Below, piece after piece: positions 1 to 7,611 of a DNA stretch of 14,151 bases. The stretch's first letter is position 1; each line of letters starts with the position of its first letter. The notes beneath the pieces were generated by a model. The model saw only the letters and a program-made list of their open reading frames with translations. It was not told the origin of the DNA and did not search any database. Source of the DNA: Verrucomicrobiota bacterium (lineage in GTDB: Bacteria; Verrucomicrobiota; Verrucomicrobiia; Limisphaerales; CANJSG01); the NCBI GenBank assembly GCA_038209745.1, contig JBBQXJ010000105.1, forward strand, positions 1-14,151, in the 5' to 3' direction. Position numbers and translations under genes: made by a program.

Positions 1-675
1 ATAGGGCATCGGCGCGAGGAACGGGCAATCGGTCTCCAGCATCAACCGGTCGAGCGGCGTCGCGGCCAAGGTCTCGCGGACTTCGTTGGCGTTCTTGAAG
101 GTGACGATTCCGGTGAAGCTGACCAATGAGCCCAGTTCCAGCACACGCCGCATCTGGTCGGGCGTCCCGACGAAGCAGTGGAAGACGGTCCGCACGCGAT
201 CCGCGAAGGGTGCCAGAATCGCCATCGTATCCTCGAAGCAGTCGCCGCGCTGGTGGACCACGCAGTTCAGACCGGCTTCGGCCGCCACTTCGAGCTGTTG
301 CCGAAAGACGACCGCCTGCTTGGCTTTGTAGCGGGCGTCATCCTCGATTGAACCACCTTTCGCGCTCGGCAGCCGGTAGTAGTCGAGACCGGTTTCGCCG
401 ATGGCGACGACCCGGGGATGTTTCACCATCTCCCGCAGTTCCTGGCGGACGTCGTCCGGAGCCTCCAGCGCATGGCCCGGGTGCCAACCGACGGCGGCGA
501 AAACAGACTCGAAACGCTCGGCCAATTCCACGGCGTTGCGGCTGCTTTCCAGGTCGGTTCCGATCGAGACGATGCGGGAAATACCCGCAGTTCGGGCGCG
601 GTCCACGATCTCGGGGAGATCGTCGGCGAAGTCGGGAAAGTCGAGATGGGCGTGGGTGTCGTAGAACGTCGGCAC
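1..675 (-). CDS. tatD: TatD-family metal-dependent hydrolase/DNase (3' end runs off the window)
   Basis: Manual translation from GTG at 675 is open to base 1: MPTFYDTHAHLDF...VGWHPGH...VVAIGETGLDYY...VVHQR...VFHCF...SFTGIVTFKNA...LMLETDCPFLAPMPY. This contains the DxHxH, GExGLD, H, HCF and ETDxP motifs of TatD. It is absent from the ORF track because there is no stop in the window. Confidence 0.95.
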   Translation of the reverse strand, partial: MPTFYDTHAHLDFPDFADDLPEIVDRARTAGISRIVSIGTDLESSRNAVELAERFESVFAAVGWHPGHALEAPDDVRQELREMVKHPRVVAIGETGLDYYRLPSAKGGSIEDDARYKAKQAVVFRQQLEVAAEAGLNCVVHQRGDCFEDTMAILAPFADRVRTVFHCFVGTPDQMRRVLELGSLVSFTGIVTFKNANEVRETLAATPLDRLMLETDCPFLAPMPY

Positions 676-681
676 TCGCGC

Positions 682-710
682 AGACTAGACCACCGGCGGA
701 TCCGATCAAC
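682..710 (-). promoter_or_regulatory. Putative sigma70-type promoter of tatD, leaderless geometry
   Basis: Minus strand reads GTTGATC-N16-TAGTCT-N6-GTG(start). The upstream part is nearly identical to the phoA upstream motif. Confidence 0.6.
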
Positions 711-732
711 AGGAGGAAACAGAGGCTGCCGG

Positions 733-1503
733 TTACTTCCGGAGCTTGGGCGGCACGGGGGCACCGGTGAGTTTCGTCAGATGTTTTCGGTGCTTGTCGC
801 GCAGCTCGGTCCATTCGGCCCAGTCGTCCTCCCATTCCCGGGCAGACAGGCGTTTTCGCGCGGTGTCCCAGAGCGCATCCAACGCGTCCAGCTGCTTGCG
901 GGCCTCCGTCGCGTCGCGGCGGTCCAGGAGCAGCTCGATCAACGAAAGCCGATTCGCGGGAAAATCGGGCTCGCGCTGGACGGCGGTCTCCAAGTGCCGC
1001 CGGGCGAGCTTGTCGTCGCCGAGACTGGCGGGCCAACCGGGCGCGAAGTGGTAGAGCTGACCAAGATTCCGATCCGGCCCGTAGTGGTCGACCGTCGGAT
1101 CCAGGGCGATGGCGGCCTTGAATTCGACCTCCATCTCCCGGACCAGACCCAGCGCACCGAACGTGCGGGTGCGGGCGAGCTCGCCCAGGTTCATCGCGAG
1201 GTAGTAGCGGGCGGCGGCGGACTTGGGGTGGTCGCGCACCGCGAGTTTCATGGCCGAGACCGATTCCTCGGAGACGGCCTCCCGCTCGCTGGAAGTCTGG
1301 ACCGTGTCCGCCCAGACAAAGGCCTTTTCGCCGAAACGCAGCAAGGCCGCGAAGTTGGTGGTGTTCGACTGCCAGTCACGGCGCGACGTCCGATACTCCT
1401 GCTCGATCTCCTGCCGCAGGGTGGTCCCAGCGGACGTGCCTTGGGAAAGCCCGCAGCACAGGACGAGCAAGGACAGACTGCGGATGGCGGCTGGCAGCGA
1501 CAT
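733..1503 (-). CDS. Exported tetratricopeptide-repeat-like helical protein (resembles TatT/TRAP T-component-like TPR proteins)
   Basis: ORF 733..1545; likely start is ATG at 1503, giving a signal-peptide-like N-terminus (MSLPAAIRSLSLLVLCCGLSQG). TPR-like helices: AARYYLAMNLG, FKAAIALDP, RNLGQLYHFAPGWPASLGD, ARRHLETAVQREPDFPANRLSLIELL. Confidence 0.7.
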   Translation of the reverse strand: MSLPAAIRSLSLLVLCCGLSQGTSAGTTLRQEIEQEYRTSRRDWQSNTTNFAALLRFGEKAFVWADTVQTSSEREAVSEESVSAMKLAVRDHPKSAAARYYLAMNLGELARTRTFGALGLVREMEVEFKAAIALDPTVDHYGPDRNLGQLYHFAPGWPASLGDDKLARRHLETAVQREPDFPANRLSLIELLLDRRDATEARKQLDALDALWDTARKRLSAREWEDDWAEWTELRDKHRKHLTKLTGAPVPPKLRK

Positions 1504-1560
1504 GGCTAGTTCGATGAATGGAACATGGCCAAGCCGACGTTTCAACCGCCGCGTTCCGGA

Positions 1561-3105
1561 TCAGGCCCGACCGCGGAGCCGCTCGGCCTGTTCCGCGCTC
1601 GGACCCGTCTCGGCCATCAACGGAAGCTCGGGATTCTTGAAGTCGATGCCGGCGAGCTGGGTGTAGTGGCGGAAGACGTCCACGTTCTGGATGAAACCCC
1701 GGAAGCGCTCCGCACCAGGCCCGACCGCGACAATGGGCACGTAGTCGGAGGTGTGGTTGAGCGACGTCCAGCCAACTCCGACGTAGTTCGCCATCATCTG
1801 CGCAAGCTGGAACGTGCCGCTGTTGGTCAGGTCGTAGAGCGCGTCGCCCTTGCCAGCAAGGAACCGGCGCAGGCGTTCCGTGCGGACCTTGGACGGGCGA
1901 TAGCCGGAAATCTCGAAGATGATGTCCGCGATCCGGTCCGACTCCACCAGCTCGGGCTTCTTCTCGTTGCCTTCCAAATAGTCGAAGTCCTCGTCGCCGA
2001 TCTCTCCGAGGCTCTGGATGCGTCGGAGCATCAGCTCCTGCGATCCACGCACCTTGGCCAGATTATGGAACAGCGGCACCGAGAGGCTGTAGCCGCCGCC
2101 GGCGCCGTTGAGTCCCGGATTGCCGGTGGCGTGGTCGGTCGTCACGACGAGCAGCGTATCAGGATGCCGCTTCTGGAAGTCGAGACAGGCATCCAGCGCC
2201 TCGTCGAAGACGACGAGGTCCCGGAACGCGGCCGGGGCGTCGTTCAGATGGGCGGCCTGGTCCACGCGGCCTCCCTCCACCTGGAGAATGAAACGGTCCT
2301 CCCGCTCCAGCCGTCCGAGCGCGGCCCGGGTCATTTCGGGAAGGGTCGGCACCTTTTCCTTCAGCCGCTCGATGTTGATCTGATCGATGGTGAACGGCAG
2401 ATGGCTGTCGCTGAAAGTTCCGAGCCACGATTTGTCGGACGGTGCCGCCGCGAGGGCCGCCTTGTCCGTCATCACCGCGTAGCCTTTTTTGGCAAAATCA
2501 CCCTGGAGATCGCGCTGGTCCTTGCGGCGCTTCGCGCTGAAATACTTCGTTCCGCCACCCAGCAGCACGTCCAGGCCGCGCTCCAGATGCTGTTCGGCGA
2601 TCTTGTCGCCGCTGTTGCGGCTTTTCATGTTGATCGCGAAGCCGGAGGGCGTGGCGTGGGTGATCTCCGTGGTGGTCACGAGGCCCCGCTTCCAGCCCGC
2701 GTCGCCGAAGAGCTGGTAGAGCGTCGTGAGATCGCGGCCGTCGGGCAGCAGGTTGACCGCGCCGTTGACGATGCGGGACCCCGAACCCCAGGCGGACGAG
2801 GACGCGGACGAATCGGTGACCAACGAATTCAAAGACCGGACGTCCATCAGGCCGGTGGCCGCTTCCGGTCTCCGGTAAAGATCGATCCAAGAGAGCCCAC
2901 GTTGCCGCTCCAGATGGGACAGATGGTCGGCGCACGTCAGGGTGGCCATGCTCATCCCGTCGGCCACCAGATGGATGATGCGCCGAGGCTTGTCGCCTGG
3001 CTTGAAGGCGACATCCTCAGCGGAGCGCACGACGGCCGGAGCCGCCACGGCCCCGATAGCCAAGAGTCCGGAGCGGCGCAGGAAGGAACGACGGTTGAAC
3101 GGCAT
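1561..3105 (-). CDS. phoA: Alkaline phosphatase (PhoA family) with twin-arginine signal peptide
   Basis: N-terminal NRRSFLRR plus hydrophobic region. PhoA motifs: ADGM, VTDSSAS (catalytic Ser), THATP, QVEGGRVDQAAH, TTDH, NHT. Confidence 0.95.
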   Translation of the reverse strand: MPFNRRSFLRRSGLLAIGAVAAPAVVRSAEDVAFKPGDKPRRIIHLVADGMSMATLTCADHLSHLERQRGLSWIDLYRRPEAATGLMDVRSLNSLVTDSSASSSAWGSGSRIVNGAVNLLPDGRDLTTLYQLFGDAGWKRGLVTTTEITHATPSGFAINMKSRNSGDKIAEQHLERGLDVLLGGGTKYFSAKRRKDQRDLQGDFAKKGYAVMTDKAALAAAPSDKSWLGTFSDSHLPFTIDQINIERLKEKVPTLPEMTRAALGRLEREDRFILQVEGGRVDQAAHLNDAPAAFRDLVVFDEALDACLDFQKRHPDTLLVVTTDHATGNPGLNGAGGGYSLSVPLFHNLAKVRGSQELMLRRIQSLGEIGDEDFDYLEGNEKKPELVESDRIADIIFEISGYRPSKVRTERLRRFLAGKGDALYDLTNSGTFQLAQMMANYVGVGWTSLNHTSDYVPIVAVGPGAERFRGFIQNVDVFRHYTQLAGIDFKNPELPLMAETGPSAEQAERLRGRA

Positions 3106-3111
3106 ATCGGA

Positions 3112-3140
3112 AAGCTAAGGGGCAGACGGTTCCGATCAAC
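3112..3140 (-). promoter_or_regulatory. Putative sigma70-type promoter of phoA, leaderless geometry
   Basis: Minus strand reads GTTGATC-N16-TAGCTT-N6-ATG(start 3105), the same geometry as the tatD promoter. Confidence 0.6.
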
Positions 3141-3255
3141 CCTCCTATTCAGCAACAATTCGGAGACATTCCACTTCGCCGACCCGAGGGATCCCAACGC
3201 TACCAGCGCTCCAACGAATACCTGGAATGAGTCCGGGCCACTGGGAGATCAACCC
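3134..3255. repeat. 9-bp direct repeat GATCAACCC (3134-3142 and 3247-3255) flanking a 104-bp self-complementary spacer
   Basis: Exact 9-mer at both positions. Internal inverted repeat CGGAGACATTCCA (3161-3173) / TGGAATGAGTCCG (3223-3235) is 11/13 complementary. Confidence 0.55.
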
Positions 3256-4142
3256 ACCATCCAGGCGAGGATCGCCTTCTGCGTGTGCAGCCGGTTTTCG
3301 GCCTCGGTGAAGATGGTGTCGGCGTGGGCTTCCAGCACTTCCTCGCTGATCTCCTTGCCGCGATAAGCGGGCAGGCAATGCATGACCAGCGCATCGGGTT
3401 TCGCCCGTTTCACGAGAGCGGAATTGATCTGATACGGGGCCAGCGCCTCCAGGCGATCGGCCGATTCCGCCTCCTTGCCCATCGAGACGAAGACATCGGT
3501 GTAGAGCAGGTCAGCCCCGGCGGCGGCGGCCTGCACGTCCTCGGTGCAGACGATCTTGCCTCCCGCCCGTTGCACCAGTTCAGCCGCCGGTTGGTAGGCC
3601 TTCGGCGCGGCGATCCGCAGCTCGAAGTCCAGCTTGGACGCGGCCCAGATCCAAGAGACAGGCACGTTGCACGCGCCGTCCCCGACGAACGTGACGACCT
3701 TGCCCCGGATGGAGCCGCGCCGCTCCTGGAAGCTGAAAATGTCCGTCAGGATCTGGCAGGGATGCTCTTCGTCCGTCAGAGCATTGACGGTGGGAACCTT
3801 GGAAAACTCGGCGAACTCGTCGACGTCGACCTGGGCGAAGGTCCGGATCACCGCGCCGTGGACCATCCGCCCCAGAACCCGCGCGGTGTCCTTGATCGGT
3901 TCACCGCGACCGAGCTGGATGTCGCTGGCGTTGAGGAAGAGGGGTCTGCCACCGAGTTCGTGGATGCCGACCTCGAAACTCACCCGGGTGCGCGTCGAAG
4001 ACTTGGCGAAGATCATCGCCCAGGTTTGGCCCGCCAGTGGCTTCGTGTCTTGACCACGAGCGGCCTTGAAAGCGGCGGCGTTTTCCAGCACCCACTCCAT
4101 CCCCTCCCCGGGCATGGTCTCCAGACTCAACAAATGCTTCAT
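3249..4142 (-). CDS. argF: Ornithine carbamoyltransferase
   Basis: Likely start is ATG at 4142 (MKHLLSL..., 297 aa). Motifs: SSTRTR (carbamoyl-phosphate binding), HPCQ, GDG..NV, SMG loop, HCLP, AENR. Confidence 0.96.
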   Translation of the reverse strand: MKHLLSLETMPGEGMEWVLENAAAFKAARGQDTKPLAGQTWAMIFAKSSTRTRVSFEVGIHELGGRPLFLNASDIQLGRGEPIKDTARVLGRMVHGAVIRTFAQVDVDEFAEFSKVPTVNALTDEEHPCQILTDIFSFQERRGSIRGKVVTFVGDGACNVPVSWIWAASKLDFELRIAAPKAYQPAAELVQRAGGKIVCTEDVQAAAAGADLLYTDVFVSMGKEAESADRLEALAPYQINSALVKRAKPDALVMHCLPAYRGKEISEEVLEAHADTIFTEAENRLHTQKAILAWMVG

Positions 4143-4345
4143 GTATCGACGAACAACGTTTCCAACAACGGTGTGTCCCGATGAACCAGCCACCGGGAAA
4201 GGGGCAGAATTAAGCAAAACAACTTCCTCCCGTCACCAGAAAACACGCCTCCACGCATGAAAATGACGGTGCCGTCACACGCCCACCCTCTGTGCGGCCA
4301 CTCGACCGTCCCCCGCAGTGGATGAGCGCAACCAACAATGCGGAG

Positions 4346-5134
4346 ATGTCGTCAGTCACGACCCTCCGACGGAGCCGCCCGCCGCGAACGGGAGCGGGCC
4401 ACGGGTTTTCCCTGGTTGAACTTCCCGTGGTCGTCGCCATCACCGCCGTCCTGGCGGCATTGCTTCTGCCGGCTCTGGCGCGCTCCCAGTCGAGGGCGAA
4501 ACAGATCCAGTGTTCCAGCAATCTCCGCCAGCTCGCCATCGCCGCCCGCATGGACCACGGCGACCACGGAGGCAGGGGAATCTTCTACCGCGGAGTGGAC
4601 ACCCTCTGGATGGAGACGCTGATCCAATACTACGCGAAGGTGGAAGCGGTGCGTCTCTGCCCTTCCGCGATGGAACCATCGGGAAAACCCAACGGGGCGA
4701 CGGCGGGGGATGCTCGGACGGCCTGGACCTGGGGATCCGGTCCCGCCCGCTAAACCGGCGGCTACGCCATCAACGGGTGGATGTATTCCTACCAAGGCGC
4801 CTCCCGGCGGCCACCGGATCGGGCCGGCTATTTCGAGCTGGAAACCCAGATCGCCAATCCAGTCAACACGCCGTTGTTCATGGACTCGATCTGGCCGGAT
4901 CTCTGGGCGCAGGCCGCCGATCCCTTTCCCCGGAACCTTTCCACCGGCACCCTGAAACAGGGAGGCATCGGTCGCTGCATGATCGCACGCCACGGAGGCG
5001 GGGCGACGATCGAATCGGCCGCCATCAATCTTGCCTGCATCGACGGCCACGTGGAGAGCACGCGGCTGGATCGCCTCGTGGCCCGCTTCAAGTGGCACAA
5101 GAACTACGTGCCACCGAAGCCGGTGAAGCGGTAG
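4346..5134 (+). pseudogene. Prepilin-type N-terminal cleavage/methylation protein with C-terminal H-X(n)-DG motif, interrupted by in-frame TAA at 4751-4753
   Basis: ORFs 4292..4753 and 4781..5134 share a frame and join across a single TAA (..WTWGSGPAR*TGGYAINGWMY..). N-terminus GFSLVELPVVVAITAVLAALLLPAL..AKQIQCSSNLRQL; C-terminus ARH..INLACIDGHVE. The start could also be ATG at 4322. Confidence 0.85.
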
Positions 5135-5144
5135 ACCGACGCCC

Positions 5145-7457
5145 TCACGCCATCGCCCGGGCGATGCTGTTCCACCAGCCGTCGTGCAGGTCCGCGACCT
5201 TGGCGGAAACGTGGGTCGAACCCGCTTTGATCGTCAGCGTCTCGCCGCCGACCGTGCCGATCTTCAAAGCAGGAACACCCGCTGCTTTTGCTTCGGCCAT
5301 GACCTTTTCCACATTCGCGGGGGAAACGGACACGACGATCCTGTTCTGGGTCTCACCGAACAAAAGGCCGTCTGTCCGGACTCCGGCTTCCAGCGGCAAT
5401 TCCACCGTCGCACCGATGAAGCGTTGTGAATTCTTGGCGATCTGCTGGCTGAAGCAGCTTTCCGCGAGAGCGACGGCGAAGCCCCCCTCGCTGCAATCGT
5501 GGGCGCCCTTCACCCATCCGGCGCGGATCACGCCGAGCACCATGTCGTGGAGCTTCTTCGCGGCCGCGAGATCGACGCGCGGTGGCAGACCGTTCTTCTG
5601 GCCGTGGACGCACTTCAAGTAGACGCTCCCGCCAAGGCCCTGGAGCGGATCGACCGTGTCGACCGCCGCACCAAGGAGGACGATCACGTCGCCCTCGTCC
5701 TTGAACCACTGGGTGGTGATGTGCTTCGGATCGTCGATGATGCCGACGACCGCGACCGTGGGCGTGGGATCGACGGCGCCGAGCGCGCCGCGCTGATTGT
5801 AGAGCGAGACGTTGCCGCCCGTCACGGGAGCGTCGAACATCCGGCAGCCTTCGGACAGGCCGCGAACGGATTCCTTCAGCTGCCAGAAGATCTCCGGGTG
5901 GTGCGGGTTGCCGAAGTTCAGGTTGTCGGTGGAGCCGACGGGCACCGCGCCGGTGCAAGCCAGGTTGCGGCAGGCTTCGGCGATGGCCGCTTTGCCGCCT
6001 TCATATGGATCCAGATAGACGTAGCCGCCGTTGCAGTCGCAGGTGAAGGCGATGTATTTCTCGACGTTCGGCGTGGGGGCCATGTCGGCGCGGAGCACCG
6101 GCACAGAATCGGCCTTGATGCGGATGACCGCCGCGTCGCTGCCGGGGCAGACGATGGAGCCGTCGCGCACCATGTGGTCGTATTGGCGGTAGACCCAGTT
6201 CTTCGAGGCGACGCTGTGGTTGGACAGGATGGCTTTGAGGTCGGACACCGGATCCGTCGTGTCGGCGATGCCGTCGAGCCGGAAGGCGCGAACGCCGACC
6301 ATGTAGGCGGCTTCCTTGGATTCGCGGAAATAGATCGGGGCTTCGTCGGCCAGCTTTGCGGCAGGCACATCGACGACAACCTTGCCGCCGTGGCGCACGA
6401 TCATCCGGCCGGTGTTCGTGACGACACCGATCTCGGACCAGGGCAGGTCCCACTTCTCGAAGACCGCCTTCACCTCGGCCTCCCGGCCCTTGTGCACGAC
6501 GATCAACATGCGCTCCTGCGACTCGCTGAGCATGATCTCGTAGCTGGTCATGTTCGGCGCGCGCTGCGGCACCTTGTCCAATTCGATCTCGATGCCGGTG
6601 CCGGCGCGGGCGGCGGTTTCGCACGTGGAGCAGGTCAACCCCGCCGCGCCCATGTCCTGCATGCCGGCGACCGCACCGGTGGCGAGGAGCTCCAGGCACG
6701 CTTCACAGACGAGCTTCTCCATGAACGGATCGCCCACCTGCACCGCCCCGCGCTGCTTCTCGGCCGATTCCTCGGTCAAATCCTGCGAGGCGAACGCCGC
6801 ACCGGCCAGACCGTCGCGACCCGTGGCGGGCCCGACATAGAAGACCGGGTTGCCGACGCCCTTGGCCGCGCCGCGGGTGATCTGGTCATGCCGCAGCACG
6901 CCGAGCGCGAAGGCGTTGACCAAGGGGTTTCCCTCGTAGCTTTTGTCGAAATACACCTCGCCGGCGATGGTCGGAATCCCGAAGCAGTTACCATAGTGGG
7001 CGATGCCCGAAACCACGCCGGAGAAAAGACGGCGCACCTCAGGATTGGAGAGTTCGCCGAAACGGAGGGAGTTCAACGCGGCGACAGGCCGGGCGCCCAT
7101 CGTGAAAATGTCGCGGATGATGCCGCCCACGCCCGTGGCCGCGCCCTGGAAGGGCTCCACCGCGCTCGGATGGTTGTGCGACTCGATCTTGAAGGCGATG
7201 GCCAATCCGTCGCCGACGTCGATGATGCCGGCATTTTCCTCGCCCGCTCCGACAAGGATCTTGTCGCCCTTGGTCGGGAAGGTCTTCAGGACCGGGCGGG
7301 TGTTCTTGTAGGAGCAGTGCTCCGACCACATCACCGAGAAGATGCCCAGCTCGGTGAAGCTCGGCTCGCGGCCGAGGATCTCGAGGACCTTCTGGTATTC
7401 CTCGGGCGTCAGGTTGTGTTCGGCTACCAGTTCGGGCGTGATCGCGGGCTCGTTCAT
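5145..7457 (-). CDS. purL: Phosphoribosylformylglycinamidine synthase subunit PurL (small, PurQ/PurS-dependent type)
   Basis: Likely start is ATG at 7457 (MNEPAIT..., 770 aa). Motifs: [14 protein letters not shown]-like (EENAG), [59 protein letters not shown]. No fused glutaminase domain. Confidence 0.97.
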   Translation of the reverse strand: MNEPAITPELVAEHNLTPEEYQKVLEILGREPSFTELGIFSVMWSEHCSYKNTRPVLKTFPTKGDKILVGAGEENAGIIDVGDGLAIAFKIESHNHPSAVEPFQGAATGVGGIIRDIFTMGARPVAALNSLRFGELSNPEVRRLFSGVVSGIAHYGNCFGIPTIAGEVYFDKSYEGNPLVNAFALGVLRHDQITRGAAKGVGNPVFYVGPATGRDGLAGAAFASQDLTEESAEKQRGAVQVGDPFMEKLVCEACLELLATGAVAGMQDMGAAGLTCSTCETAARAGTGIEIELDKVPQRAPNMTSYEIMLSESQERMLIVVHKGREAEVKAVFEKWDLPWSEIGVVTNTGRMIVRHGGKVVVDVPAAKLADEAPIYFRESKEAAYMVGVRAFRLDGIADTTDPVSDLKAILSNHSVASKNWVYRQYDHMVRDGSIVCPGSDAAVIRIKADSVPVLRADMAPTPNVEKYIAFTCDCNGGYVYLDPYEGGKAAIAEACRNLACTGAVPVGSTDNLNFGNPHHPEIFWQLKESVRGLSEGCRMFDAPVTGGNVSLYNQRGALGAVDPTPTVAVVGIIDDPKHITTQWFKDEGDVIVLLGAAVDTVDPLQGLGGSVYLKCVHGQKNGLPPRVDLAAAKKLHDMVLGVIRAGWVKGAHDCSEGGFAVALAESCFSQQIAKNSQRFIGATVELPLEAGVRTDGLLFGETQNRIVVSVSPANVEKVMAEAKAAGVPALKIGTVGGETLTIKAGSTHVSAKVADLHDGWWNSIARAMA

Positions 7458-7508
7458 GTGGTCGGAAAACGACGGCCGGCAAACAGCCGCGTCCGTCGAA
7501 ACGGCGGG

Positions 7509-7537
7509 ACATTGGAACCACGACCGGCACAAGACAA
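7509..7537 (-). promoter_or_regulatory. Possible purL promoter
   Basis: Minus strand TTGTCT-N17-CAATGT, predicting a leader of about 45 nt. The -10 is imperfect. Confidence 0.35.
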
Positions 7538-7611
7538 GTGATTCGCTGCGACGGTCGGCGATGACGGCTTACGGCTTGACGGCCCCGGACCATGTGCTTG
7601 CATCTGCGCCA

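Noticed and set aside
1525..3366. 613-aa plus-strand ORF (likewise 418..1509, 3285..4184, 5499..7541, 8290..8991, 11367..12608)
   Set aside because: Antisense mirrors of well-supported genes. Long stop-free antisense frames are expected at this GC content and none shows a recognisable motif.
4143..4217. Longer N-termini in the ORF track for argF (also purL 7532, LOG 9255, lipoprotein 7342, TPR 1545, DUF6807 14058)
   Set aside because: The extensions lack family similarity, bury signal peptides or overlap predicted promoters. Downstream ATGs fit better.
4751..4753. Programmed read-through or recoding of the prepilin stop
   Set aside because: The codon is TAA (not Sec TGA or Pyl TAG), TAA ends other genes here (733 and 12895), and additional motif decay favours a pseudogene.
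7458..7611. Known purine-related riboswitch (ZTP, PRPP/ppGpp, guanine) upstream of purL
   Set aside because: No recognisable consensus of these classes by eye, and the predicted leader is only about 45 nt. An Rfam scan would settle it.
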